64,000 bases of DNA from an uncultured Gammaproteobacteria bacterium (lineage in GTDB: Bacteria > Patescibacteriota > Microgenomatia > Daviesbacterales > UBA10151), in the NCBI GenBank assembly GCA_964551605.1, contig CAZKCV010000004.1, positions 7,331 through 71,330 on the forward strand, read 5' to 3'. A program made the translations under genes and the position numbers. Positions 57,001 through 64,000 of this stretch are shown in pieces (position 1 is the first letter of the stretch; every line of letters starts with the position of its first letter). Below the pieces are notes generated by a model, which was not told the origin of the DNA, did not search any database, and was given only the letters and a program-made list of their open reading frames with translations.

Positions 57001-57165
57001 ATGGTCAAGTTGAATGCAAAGCAATTAAGGAAGGGTAAAGGGGAAAGCGTAAAGGGTGAAGTAAGAAAGAACAACATCTATATTATCCTGGATAATGTTT
57101 TAGATACCTATAATATTGGTTCTATCTTCAGGCTGGCAGATGCAACTTTGAAGATTTTACATTGA
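57001..57165 (+). pseudogene. Duplicated 5' fragment of the TrmH-family methyltransferase gene (48 codons + 6 novel codons)
   Basis: 57001-57143 matches 59764-59906. A 53-bp core is identical; a 42-nt G-rich heptad block differs. Confidence 0.5.
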
Positions 57166-57219
57166 CATATTGGTTAAGAATGAGGTATCTTGCAAATATT
57201 CCTGCCTGATAGAGGTTGA

Positions 57220-58551
57220 ATGACAAAACAAGAGATTTCTATTTCGGATCATCAAGAGCCTAATTTATTGAGATTACGCGGTGGAGTTTTTCTTGTTGAA
57301 GGATCTAAACGGGCAGCTCTATATGATACAAACAGCGGTAATGTCTATTCGCTTAACCAAGAAGCAACTCAAACAGTAAAAGGAGAAGCTAATTATCCCG
57401 AATTTTGGTCAAAACTTGCTTCTATGCAACTGGTTGTTGCCAGACAAGATTCCGCAACTGAGTTGATCATTTCAGAAGTTGAAATTCCGAAACCAACCTT
57501 GCAATTTGCATGGTTAGAACTTACTGAATTGTGTAATGAACGTTGTCTTCACTGCTATGGCAGTTTTTCTCCAGATAAGCAAGATAAAATTGCTAGATCT
57601 CTTGATCATACAGAATGGAAAGATACTATACAATCGTTGGCAGAAAATGGCTGTAAACAAATTCAATTTATCGGCGGAGAACCTTTTAGGTACCGCGGTG
57701 AGACAAAAACACAAACTGTTTTAGATTTGGCTGACTTTGCTAAAGAGCAGGATTTTAGTTTAGTTGAGATATTTACTAATGGAACGTTGATCTCGGCAGA
57801 AATTGTTAAAAGAATAAAAGATCTTGAAGTTTCAGTTGCTCTTTCGCTCTATTCATCAAACGCTGCGATTCATGACAATATAACACAAACCCCTGGAAGT
57901 TACAGAAAAACTCTTAGGGCAATTAATATGTTGAGAGAAGCAGATGTTTCGCTGAGAGCAGCTATTATTGTAATGAAACAAAATGAAGATACTATTGAAC
58001 AAACATTAGAGATGGCTCAAAATTTAGGCTTGAACGTTAGAGTCCCTGATGCAGTGCGCCCCAGTGGGAGGGCACAAGAAACAGATATAATTCCAAGTGT
58101 CGAAATGCTCATAAAATATGGGCTTATCACAAAACCGAATTTCTCAACCGATCCAGTTAGCTTTCAGCGAAACCACCTGTATCACAGTTGTTTAGCCGGT
58201 AAGGTTGCAATTACTAGGGATAGACAAGTCATCCCTTGTATTTTCTCAAGAGATAACACATTAGGTAATCTTAGAGATCAAAAATTGGCAGATGTACTTG
58301 AGTCTCCAGTTCTAAAAGAAACTTGGGAATTAACCAAAGATAAAGTTTTGGTTTGTAGAGACTGCGAATACCGTTACGCTTGTTCTGACTGCCGTCCGCT
58401 TGCTGAAGGTTCAAATTGCGGAAAAGGCTATTCAAGCGCTCCCTTTCCAAGATGTACCTATAATCCGTATACTGGTGAATGGGGATCCGGTGTGTGGAGG
58501 ATGAACAGTCAGGGAGAAATTGTTTATGAAGAATTGCCAATACAAAAGTAA
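57220..58551 (+). CDS. Radical SAM / SPASM-domain peptide-modifying enzyme with an N-terminal RRE-like extension
   Basis: ELCNERCLHCYG CX3CX2C motif; a C-terminal Cys-rich twitch/SPASM-like region (C..CRDCEYRYACSDCRP..CGKG..CTY); ~90 aa precede the rSAM core. Confidence 0.8.
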   Translation: MTKQEISISDHQEPNLLRLRGGVFLVEGSKRAALYDTNSGNVYSLNQEATQTVKGEANYPEFWSKLASMQLVVARQDSATELIISEVEIPKPTLQFAWLELTELCNERCLHCYGSFSPDKQDKIARSLDHTEWKDTIQSLAENGCKQIQFIGGEPFRYRGETKTQTVLDLADFAKEQDFSLVEIFTNGTLISAEIVKRIKDLEVSVALSLYSSNAAIHDNITQTPGSYRKTLRAINMLREADVSLRAAIIVMKQNEDTIEQTLEMAQNLGLNVRVPDAVRPSGRAQETDIIPSVEMLIKYGLITKPNFSTDPVSFQRNHLYHSCLAGKVAITRDRQVIPCIFSRDNTLGNLRDQKLADVLESPVLKETWELTKDKVLVCRDCEYRYACSDCRPLAEGSNCGKGYSSAPFPRCTYNPYTGEWGSGVWRMNSQGEIVYEELPIQK

Positions 58552-58572
58552 AAAGAAGGGAGGTGAAGAAAT

Positions 58573-58782
58573 ATAAAAGAAAATACCGAAATTTTAGCTC
58601 AACAAGCGGCTAGTAGGCAGGTTGGTTCTGGACCCACAATTGAATTGGTAACACCTAAAGCTGGAATGGGCATGGAACCAAGTGGAGTTTGTCCTCCAGA
58701 TTGTGCTCCAGGTGCAATTTGTCCTCCAAATTGCTTACCGAATTGTCAGCCGTCGTGTCCGCCGACAATATTTCCAAGATAG
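58573..58782 (+). CDS. Cys-rich candidate RiPP precursor peptide (core ..VCPPDCAPGAICPPNCLPNCQPSCPPTIFPR)
   Basis: Frame open from 58567 to TAG 58780-58782. A strong SD GGGAGGTGA lies directly after the rSAM stop. The codon at the canonical start position is ATA (58573); alternative starts are TTG 58645 and ATG 58666. Confidence 0.4.
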   Translation: MKENTEILAQQAASRQVGSGPTIELVTPKAGMGMEPSGVCPPDCAPGAICPPNCLPNCQPSCPPTIFPR

Positions 58783-58817
58783 CCTGAATCTTCCAAGCAG
58801 CCTAAACTACCGCCGAA

Positions 58818-59729
58818 CTAAGGCGGAATATGTAGCGTATTGGGGGTGGGGGCAATCAGGAATTGTGGCCAGGTTTTAGGGTATAGAGTCATGATAATTT
58901 TGCCGAAAACAAAGGCGAAATCGTGAGGGTATTTGCGTGGTTCTAATACAGAATCTACTTGGTCGAGATTATTTTCTTTTTCGACCTTTAGTAGGTATCC
59001 CATTGTATTGGCAGCAAAGATATCAAAGTTTCGTTTATGAGTCGGCCAAAAAATCATACTTGCCTGATATTCACAACAGAAAGCAAAGAGCTCGGTTATT
59101 CCTTCAACGGCGGGAAACCGAATTGGCAATTTTGCAAATTTTTCGCTCTTGGAGTGAGATGAATTTTTTACTTCGGAGTAGAGCTGTTTAACGGTTTTCA
59201 ACAGCAGGAGATTTTCCTTCTTATTTGAGTAATACCAAAGTTTGTGTTGGTGCCAGTAAGCGTGTCCGAATTCGTGGACAATAGTAGCCATGTAACTCTC
59301 GCGGGTGGTATAGGGGTTGTTTTTACGTCTTTTCATTTTCTTTTGGAGTTCAGTAAAAGGTATTAATAATCCTCCGGAGATAAAAGAAGTTATCAACTCA
59401 TTAGTTTTTAGTTTTGAGAGAAGTAACCGAGTTAGTTTCGGTAGTTTTAGACCTGCTCTCCACCAGTATTGATAATCATCGGAGATTTTAAGTTTATGGA
59501 GAATTTTGTAGGCAAAATATTGTTTCAGGCTGCATTTAATAGAGGTAAGCTTGGGAAATTTTGCCTGTGACCAAAGATAAATATTTTCGCAGTCATAACT
59601 GACAACAATTACCTTTTCAATTAACTTTTTGTTCTTAAACACAAAATTTAGTTTGGGATGCCAAACTGAATTTATTCCTTCTTCAATTGCCTCGAAGTCT
59701 TCTTTTACCGCTTTGTAGTTTTCAAACAT
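58818..59729 (-). CDS. Putative zinc metallopeptidase (HExxH)
   Basis: ATIVHEFGHAYWHQH motif; 303 aa; convergent with the precursor ORF. Confidence 0.5.
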   Translation of the reverse strand: MFENYKAVKEDFEAIEEGINSVWHPKLNFVFKNKKLIEKVIVVSYDCENIYLWSQAKFPKLTSIKCSLKQYFAYKILHKLKISDDYQYWWRAGLKLPKLTRLLLSKLKTNELITSFISGGLLIPFTELQKKMKRRKNNPYTTRESYMATIVHEFGHAYWHQHKLWYYSNKKENLLLLKTVKQLYSEVKNSSHSKSEKFAKLPIRFPAVEGITELFAFCCEYQASMIFWPTHKRNFDIFAANTMGYLLKVEKENNLDQVDSVLEPRKYPHDFAFVFGKIIMTLYPKTWPQFLIAPTPNTLHIPP

Positions 59730-59763
59730 AACGCAATTTTACCATTAATGATAAAATCATGGC

Positions 59764-60297
59764 ATGGTAAAACTTAATGCAAAGCAATTGAGAAAGGGTA
59801 CAGGGTACAGGGTACAGGGTACAGTTAAGCGCAATGAGATCTATATTGTTTTGGATAATGTTTTAGATACCTATAATATTGGTTCTATCTTCAGGCTGGC
59901 AGATGCGGTGGCAGCCAAAAAGATTTACCTTTGCGGGGGAACAGAGACTCCGCCCAATCACCGGATTAAGAAAGCTTCCATTAATACCACCGAAGTAGTG
60001 GAGTGGGAGTACTTCGAAACAGCCCTGGAAGCAGTTTCAAGGGTAAAGCGTGAAGCGAAAAGGGTAAAGATAATAGCGATAGAACAGAGCCCTAAATCAA
60101 TCCAATATAATACTTTTGAGTATAAATTGCCCATATGTTTGGTGGTAGGGCATGAAAGTAACGGGGTAAGCAGGGAAGTTTTGGAAATTTCTGATGCCAT
60201 TGTTGAAATTCCCATGTTCGGGGTTAATATTTCTTTAAATGTTGTGGTTTCTTTAGGGATAGTATTGTATGAAGTTATTAAGAAGAGTGATAATTAA
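59764..60297 (+). CDS. TrmH/SpoU-family RNA 2'-O-methyltransferase
   Basis: SpoU motifs NIGSIFR...GTE and a C-terminal LNV..S; contains the (GGGTACA)x4 in-frame repeat. Confidence 0.7.
   Translation: MVKLNAKQLRKGTGYRVQGTVKRNEIYIVLDNVLDTYNIGSIFRLADAVAAKKIYLCGGTETPPNHRIKKASINTTEVVEWEYFETALEAVSRVKREAKRVKIIAIEQSPKSIQYNTFEYKLPICLVVGHESNGVSREVLEISDAIVEIPMFGVNISLNVVVSLGIVLYEVIKKSDN
59796..59824. repeat. (GGGTACA)x4 heptamer tandem repeat (family A variant; G4 motif) in frame in the trmH-like CDS
   Basis: Perfect 7-nt repeats. The duplicated fragment at 57033-57061 carries GGGTAAAGGGGAAAGCGTAAAGGGTGAAG at the same place. Confidence 0.6.
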
Positions 60298-60301
60298 AAT
60301 T

Positions 60302-60955
60302 ATGTCGGGAGATTCTAGGATAAGTATTATGCAAGCTTCAGGTAGACTAGGGCCATACTTAAGCAGTATCCGCAAGAGTGCGCAAGAGGCGGTTTCCAAG
60401 ATTGAAGCAAAGATCCCCTTAACTGGTGTTGATGTTGTTATCTGTGATAATCCTAGAGCTACAATTCCACATTTGGGTATCGGTGGTCAAACTGTGACAT
60501 CTAATCTGGTGATAGTATCGCTAAACCCAAGCTCTAAATTCTTAATAAACAAAATTGAAGAGGCGATACTGAGAACCTTGGCCCACGAGCTAAACCATTG
60601 CGCAAGATGGGAATGCGTAGGATACGGAAAGACTCTCCTGGAGGCGATGATTTCAGAAGGATTAGCAGATCATTTTGATGAAGAGATTTCAAAGGGAGAA
60701 CCGCAATCCTGGAGTAAATCTCTAAGTCTCAGGCAGATAGAACGATTTTTAGGGCTGGCTAAGGAAGATTTACATAACAAGAACTATAATCATACGGATT
60801 GGTTTTTTGGGTCAAAAACCAAAAAAATCCCAAAATGGACAGGTTACAGCCTGGGATATTATCTGGTAGAGGAGTATCTGAAGAGGAATTCCGGTAAGCA
60901 GCCGTCCGACATTTACAATTTAACTGCATTACAGTTTATTAAATCAGATGATTGA
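60302..60955 (+). CDS. Putative Zn-dependent protease (DUF2268-like, HExxH)
   Basis: LAHELNHCARW motif; start placed at the internal Met after the trmH stop. Confidence 0.45.
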   Translation: MSGDSRISIMQASGRLGPYLSSIRKSAQEAVSKIEAKIPLTGVDVVICDNPRATIPHLGIGGQTVTSNLVIVSLNPSSKFLINKIEEAILRTLAHELNHCARWECVGYGKTLLEAMISEGLADHFDEEISKGEPQSWSKSLSLRQIERFLGLAKEDLHNKNYNHTDWFFGSKTKKIPKWTGYSLGYYLVEEYLKRNSGKQPSDIYNLTALQFIKSDD

Positions 60956-61199
60956 GATAGTTTTTGAATCACATTCAACAAGCATGGATAATGAGAATCA
61001 TCTTTCATCAGGATGGAATGATGTTGAACTCTCGCCATTAGGAATACAACAAGCAAAGGATTTAGGAAAACGAAGAAAAGATGAAAAATTTGATGCAATT
61101 TTTTGTTCAGATCTTCAAAGATCTTATAAAACAGCTGAGATTGCTTTTGGCAATAAATTTCCAATAATTCGTGATGAAAGATTAAGGGACTGCAGTTAG
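60948..61199 (+). CDS. Histidine-phosphatase (PGAM-like) family fragment, probably truncated
   Basis: Only 83 aa; N-terminal IVFESHSTS..GW.D..LS..G..QA..LG resembles the RHG region, but the motif is degenerate and the C-terminal half is absent. Confidence 0.3.
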   Translation: MIEIVFESHSTSMDNENHLSSGWNDVELSPLGIQQAKDLGKRRKDEKFDAIFCSDLQRSYKTAEIAFGNKFPIIRDERLRDCS

Positions 61200-61258
61200 A
61201 AGAAATTATTGCTGCTTCTTGGAAGTGGCAGCCCGGGTGGGAATATAGGCTGGAGTCA

Positions 61259-61852
61259 TTATAGTCTTATCTTTAATTCCTTGAGCTTCCTTGTAAGATC
61301 TAATGCAGATGTAAAAAGTATTGTTTTAAAGTCTAATCTTTCGGCAACTTCGATATTTTTTATATAATCATCAATGAATAGGCACTCTTGCGGTTTTAGT
61401 TGAAGTTTTTTTAAGACAAGCAGGAAAATTTCTTTATTTGGTTTTGTTAATCCTACCTGGAAAGAGTAAACAACATGTTTAAAAAGTTTATGGTATGAGT
61501 ATTTTTTTTCACAGTATTCTACCCATTCTTTACCATGATTTGATAGCAAAATGAGGGTATAATCCTCTTTTTTAAGTTTTTCTATAATTTCCCGTGTTCC
61601 TTTTATTTCTGTAAAGTTTTTTCTGGCTGCATTTTTCAGTTGGTCAACAGGAATATCCCATGAGTTTTCTTTAATAACAGATTTCCAGTAGTTATCTTCT
61701 GATATTTGTCCAGTCACAAACTTCTCATAATATTCGTTATAAAAATATTCCTCTGAAACAGTAGCACTCAATTCTTTTTCAAAATATTTATGACTTCCTA
61801 AAATCCCTTCCAAATACACATTAGAGAGATCAAATATTATTGTGGTAATCAT
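61259..61852 (-). CDS. HAD-superfamily hydrolase
   Basis: IIFDLSNV motif I-like, LLSN motif II and FIDD motif IV-like; 197 aa. Confidence 0.55.
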   Translation of the reverse strand: MITTIIFDLSNVYLEGILGSHKYFEKELSATVSEEYFYNEYYEKFVTGQISEDNYWKSVIKENSWDIPVDQLKNAARKNFTEIKGTREIIEKLKKEDYTLILLSNHGKEWVEYCEKKYSYHKLFKHVVYSFQVGLTKPNKEIFLLVLKKLQLKPQECLFIDDYIKNIEVAERLDFKTILFTSALDLTRKLKELKIRL

Positions 61853-61955
61853 TTTAAATTTGCGCCAATATGTTTAGATTACCAGAAAGACAAACTATAT
61901 TCATACTTCAACAGGTAGTATCAATACAGCCGTTGCAGTGTGGTAGTATAAATTT

Positions 61956-62402
61956 ATGGTAAATTCTATTATCTTTGATTGGAAAAGGACTTTGTATGAT
62001 CCGGATCGGAAGGTTCTAATTGATGGGGCCTTGGAACTTTTGGATTTGATTAAAGCTAAAAATATCCCTATGGTCTTAATCGGTAAAGGGGCGGAAGATA
62101 TGCAGCGGGAGGTAAAACGCCTGGGGGTAGATAAGTATTTCAGGCAGATTGTATTTGCTGAGGGAGATAAAGACCCGCAAGTTTTTATGCCATTTGTCTT
62201 AAAAGCTGATCCTGAAAGAACACTTTTTATTGGAGATCGGGTCAGATCTGAGCTAGAAATTGGTAAAAAACTGGGGGCTGTAACTGTCTGGGTCAGGCAG
62301 GGTAAATTTGCCTCAGAGACGCCTCAAAATCACGATCAGAAACCAGATTATGCCGTTTCATCATTAAGAGATTGCTTGAGTGTAATTTCAGGTCTGAATT
62401 AG
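61956..62402 (+). CDS. HAD-superfamily hydrolase (small)
   Basis: IIFDWKRTL N-terminus and FIGDR..E C-terminal motif; 148 aa. Confidence 0.5.
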   Translation: MVNSIIFDWKRTLYDPDRKVLIDGALELLDLIKAKNIPMVLIGKGAEDMQREVKRLGVDKYFRQIVFAEGDKDPQVFMPFVLKADPERTLFIGDRVRSELEIGKKLGAVTVWVRQGKFASETPQNHDQKPDYAVSSLRDCLSVISGLN

Positions 62403-63560
62403 GGTGTAGCCGATCTTTTTGTGGCTTTCAATAATGTAATTATTAGCCTGCATAAAGGGATGTTTCCGCAGGCGGTAGATAAGCGCATCCAGGGCCCAGT
62501 CTGTAGCACCTTCTCCGGCATCTGCCGGATCCCAAACTGCGGTAAAGATTTCATCTTTTGATACAGTCCGACCGATGTTATTTCTTAATAGTTTGAATAA
62601 CCTGGCTTCCTTAACTGGTAACTTAACCGGCATATTGGTTTTGATAAAGTCCCCTAACAGGGGAGTAAAAAGCTCAAATTTTACACCCCCGGGGTGTAAT
62701 CGCATTTTTTCCACCCCGGGGGTGAACTGTCTAACCATGCCGACTCCCAAAAGATAATCGTCAATTTCCCCAAAGTTATAACCCTGAGCTTGCCGAAGGG
62801 CTATCTTTTGCAGGGTCTTGCGCTGGTGGTAATCTAAATAATCAATTAGCTCTTTTATTTGCATTTTGACAAACCTATCCAAGAGCAGGTTTTGTTTAGG
62901 AGAAGCCAGAAGGAGATGCAAAAGCTGGTTATGGCCGCCGGAAAGCTCGATCAATTCATTCAAGGTTTGGGTAGAGCTCGTAGGTTCGGGATCAAGGTTG
63001 AGGAGTTTTTTTAGATCGCTTGCCGAGTAAGGCTTAAAATACAAATATTTGGAATAAAAAGTAAGGTTCCCGCCGCTGACAGCCTCCGGTGCCAAGTCAT
63101 GCAAAGGCTTAGTGGAAGTAAAAATGAGCACGATCCTACCCGATTGGATTGCGGTTAAGCTTTGCAAATTAGATAGAAAATTGGCATCAAACGCCTTCGC
63201 TAATTGATCAAACCGGCTAAAGATTATTACCACTTTTTCATGCTTGGCAGCTAAATTTTTTATGATTTCTTTAGTTTCGATAAAAACCTGCTCGTCTGAT
63301 TTGCCGTCAGGATTACCTTTTAAGTCCCTTAAAAACATTCTGTAAAACTCATGTTGGTTTAAAGTAGGCAAAGAGTAAAGGTCGACATGGACAAAATAGG
63401 CAAAGCTTTGGCAAGCCAGGTATTTTAGGAAATAAGATACTCCCACTCCCGGCATGGAAACGGTGACAAAAGACACTCCGGCATCAATCAAGGCTTTAAA
63501 TTCTTTGAGTTTGTCTGAGGCAAAGTTGGGTCCCAGTTCAGCTTCTTTAAAGTTATACAT
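62388..63560 (-). CDS. ATPase-like N-domain + OmpR/PhoB-type winged-helix transcriptional regulator
   Basis: C-terminal LFKLLRNNIGRTVSKDEIFTAVWD...ALDALIYRLRK matches the trans_reg_C wHTH; the N-terminus has a degenerate P-loop/Walker B (VVIIFSRFD). Confidence 0.5.
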   Translation of the reverse strand: MYNFKEAELGPNFASDKLKEFKALIDAGVSFVTVSMPGVGVSYFLKYLACQSFAYFVHVDLYSLPTLNQHEFYRMFLRDLKGNPDGKSDEQVFIETKEIIKNLAAKHEKVVIIFSRFDQLAKAFDANFLSNLQSLTAIQSGRIVLIFTSTKPLHDLAPEAVSGGNLTFYSKYLYFKPYSASDLKKLLNLDPEPTSSTQTLNELIELSGGHNQLLHLLLASPKQNLLLDRFVKMQIKELIDYLDYHQRKTLQKIALRQAQGYNFGEIDDYLLGVGMVRQFTPGVEKMRLHPGGVKFELFTPLLGDFIKTNMPVKLPVKEARLFKLLRNNIGRTVSKDEIFTAVWDPADAGEGATDWALDALIYRLRKHPFMQANNYIIESHKKIGYTLIQT

Positions 63561-63760
63561 GGTTTTTCAGAATGACTCAGAAAACTCAGATAACCAGAAT
63601 ATCCGATGATCAGAATTTCTGACACTCTGATTCTCTGGTACGCCGAGTCATCCCGAGTTTTCCGAACCTATTCTCATCAGGATTATATCAGTTTAATATC
63701 AAGCAGTCAAGCCAGATTTAGTTTAGAGTTATTAGTTGGTAGTTTGTAGTAAAGGAAAAA

Positions 63761-64000
63761 TATGGGTATTGAAGGTGGAGGAATAGGTGGAGCAGTTGGA
63801 GGAGTTGGCGGCGTTGGATTAGGTATATCTTCCGGAATAGAAGCCGGAGGTTTGGCGGCAGGAGTAGCTTCTGCTGCGGCTGGCTTGGAAACCAGATTTG
63901 GTCCGGTTATGGGGCCTGTTGATACCGGCCTAATCGGAAGTGAAGGAGTTTTTAAGGGATCGATGGCAGATTTTAATCCGATTACGCTGCCAGTTCCTGA
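63761..64000 (+). CDS. Gly-rich hypothetical protein (3' end outside the window)
   Basis: ATG behind an AAGGA SD; 80 codons open to the window end: MGIEGGGIGGAVGGVGGVGLG.. Confidence 0.35.

Noticed and set aside
3064-58566. Possible UGA recoding (genetic code 25, as in some candidate phyla)
   Set aside because: TGA terminates well-defined genes (dihydroorotase at 3064-3066, the pyrB leader ORF). ORF lengths match homologues under code 11.
58682-58879. 65-aa ORF (MEFVLQIVLQ...) overlapping the Cys-rich peptide in another frame
   Set aside because: It is an alternate-frame reading of the same DNA with no SD. The Cys-rich frame is the one with RBS support and RiPP logic.
17063-59824. Heptad G-rich repeats and short palindromes considered as a possible CRISPR array
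   Set aside because: Repeat units are 7 nt or single hairpins. There are no ~30-nt repeats separated by unique spacers and no cas genes. Copies are dispersed and many lie inside intact CDSs.

Overview
This 64-kb window comes from an AT-rich genome (about 40% GC) with tightly packed, often overlapping genes. The lineage is not determinable from the sequence; a CPR/Patescibacteria-like bacterium is only a guess. Gene calls are by motif-level protein similarity judged by eye. No rRNA, tRNA or CRISPR was recognised. TGA terminates clear genes, so the standard code applies.

Content in order:
- MFS transporter tail and recF.
- Dihydroorotase (pyrC).
- A sigma70 promoter and a T-box-like leader with terminator, followed by argH-argG-argF.
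- On the minus strand: an amidinotransferase-superfamily hydrolase, arginyl-tRNA synthetase and an arginine-deiminase-like gene.
- A divergent pyrB-carA-carB operon preceded by a leader-peptide/terminator attenuator.
- A Fic protein and an orphan receiver domain.
- A GGDEF diguanylate cyclase.
- An ATP-dependent DNA ligase and an EndoQ-like PHP protein.
- A phosphoribosyltransferase, an inositol monophosphatase, pth, a DsbA-like protein and a cupredoxin.
- pflA and pflB.
- A split succinyl-CoA-synthetase-like pair plus a citrate-synthase-like small protein.
- sufC, sufB, sufS and sufU.
- An archaeal-style mevalonate cluster: HMG-CoA reductase, HMG-CoA synthase, thiolase, a DUF35 protein, two GHMP kinases, diphosphomevalonate decarboxylase and two IDI-like Nudix proteins.
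- A polyprenyl synthetase and uppS.
- A GC-richer accessory island of secreted proteins, one with thrombospondin type-1 repeats, plus an MNT/HepT toxin-antitoxin pair.
- A radical-SAM/SPASM + Cys-rich peptide + HExxH peptidase cassette, bracketed by a 143-bp duplication of the 5' end of a TrmH-family methyltransferase gene. This is the best candidate for an undescribed system.
- Two HAD hydrolases, an ATPase + wHTH regulator and a Gly-rich partial ORF.

At smaller scale the window holds several families of short repeats inserted in-frame into housekeeping genes, a G-quadruplex-type heptad repeat family, and a duplicated 147-nt intergenic element whose outer helix shows a compensatory base change.
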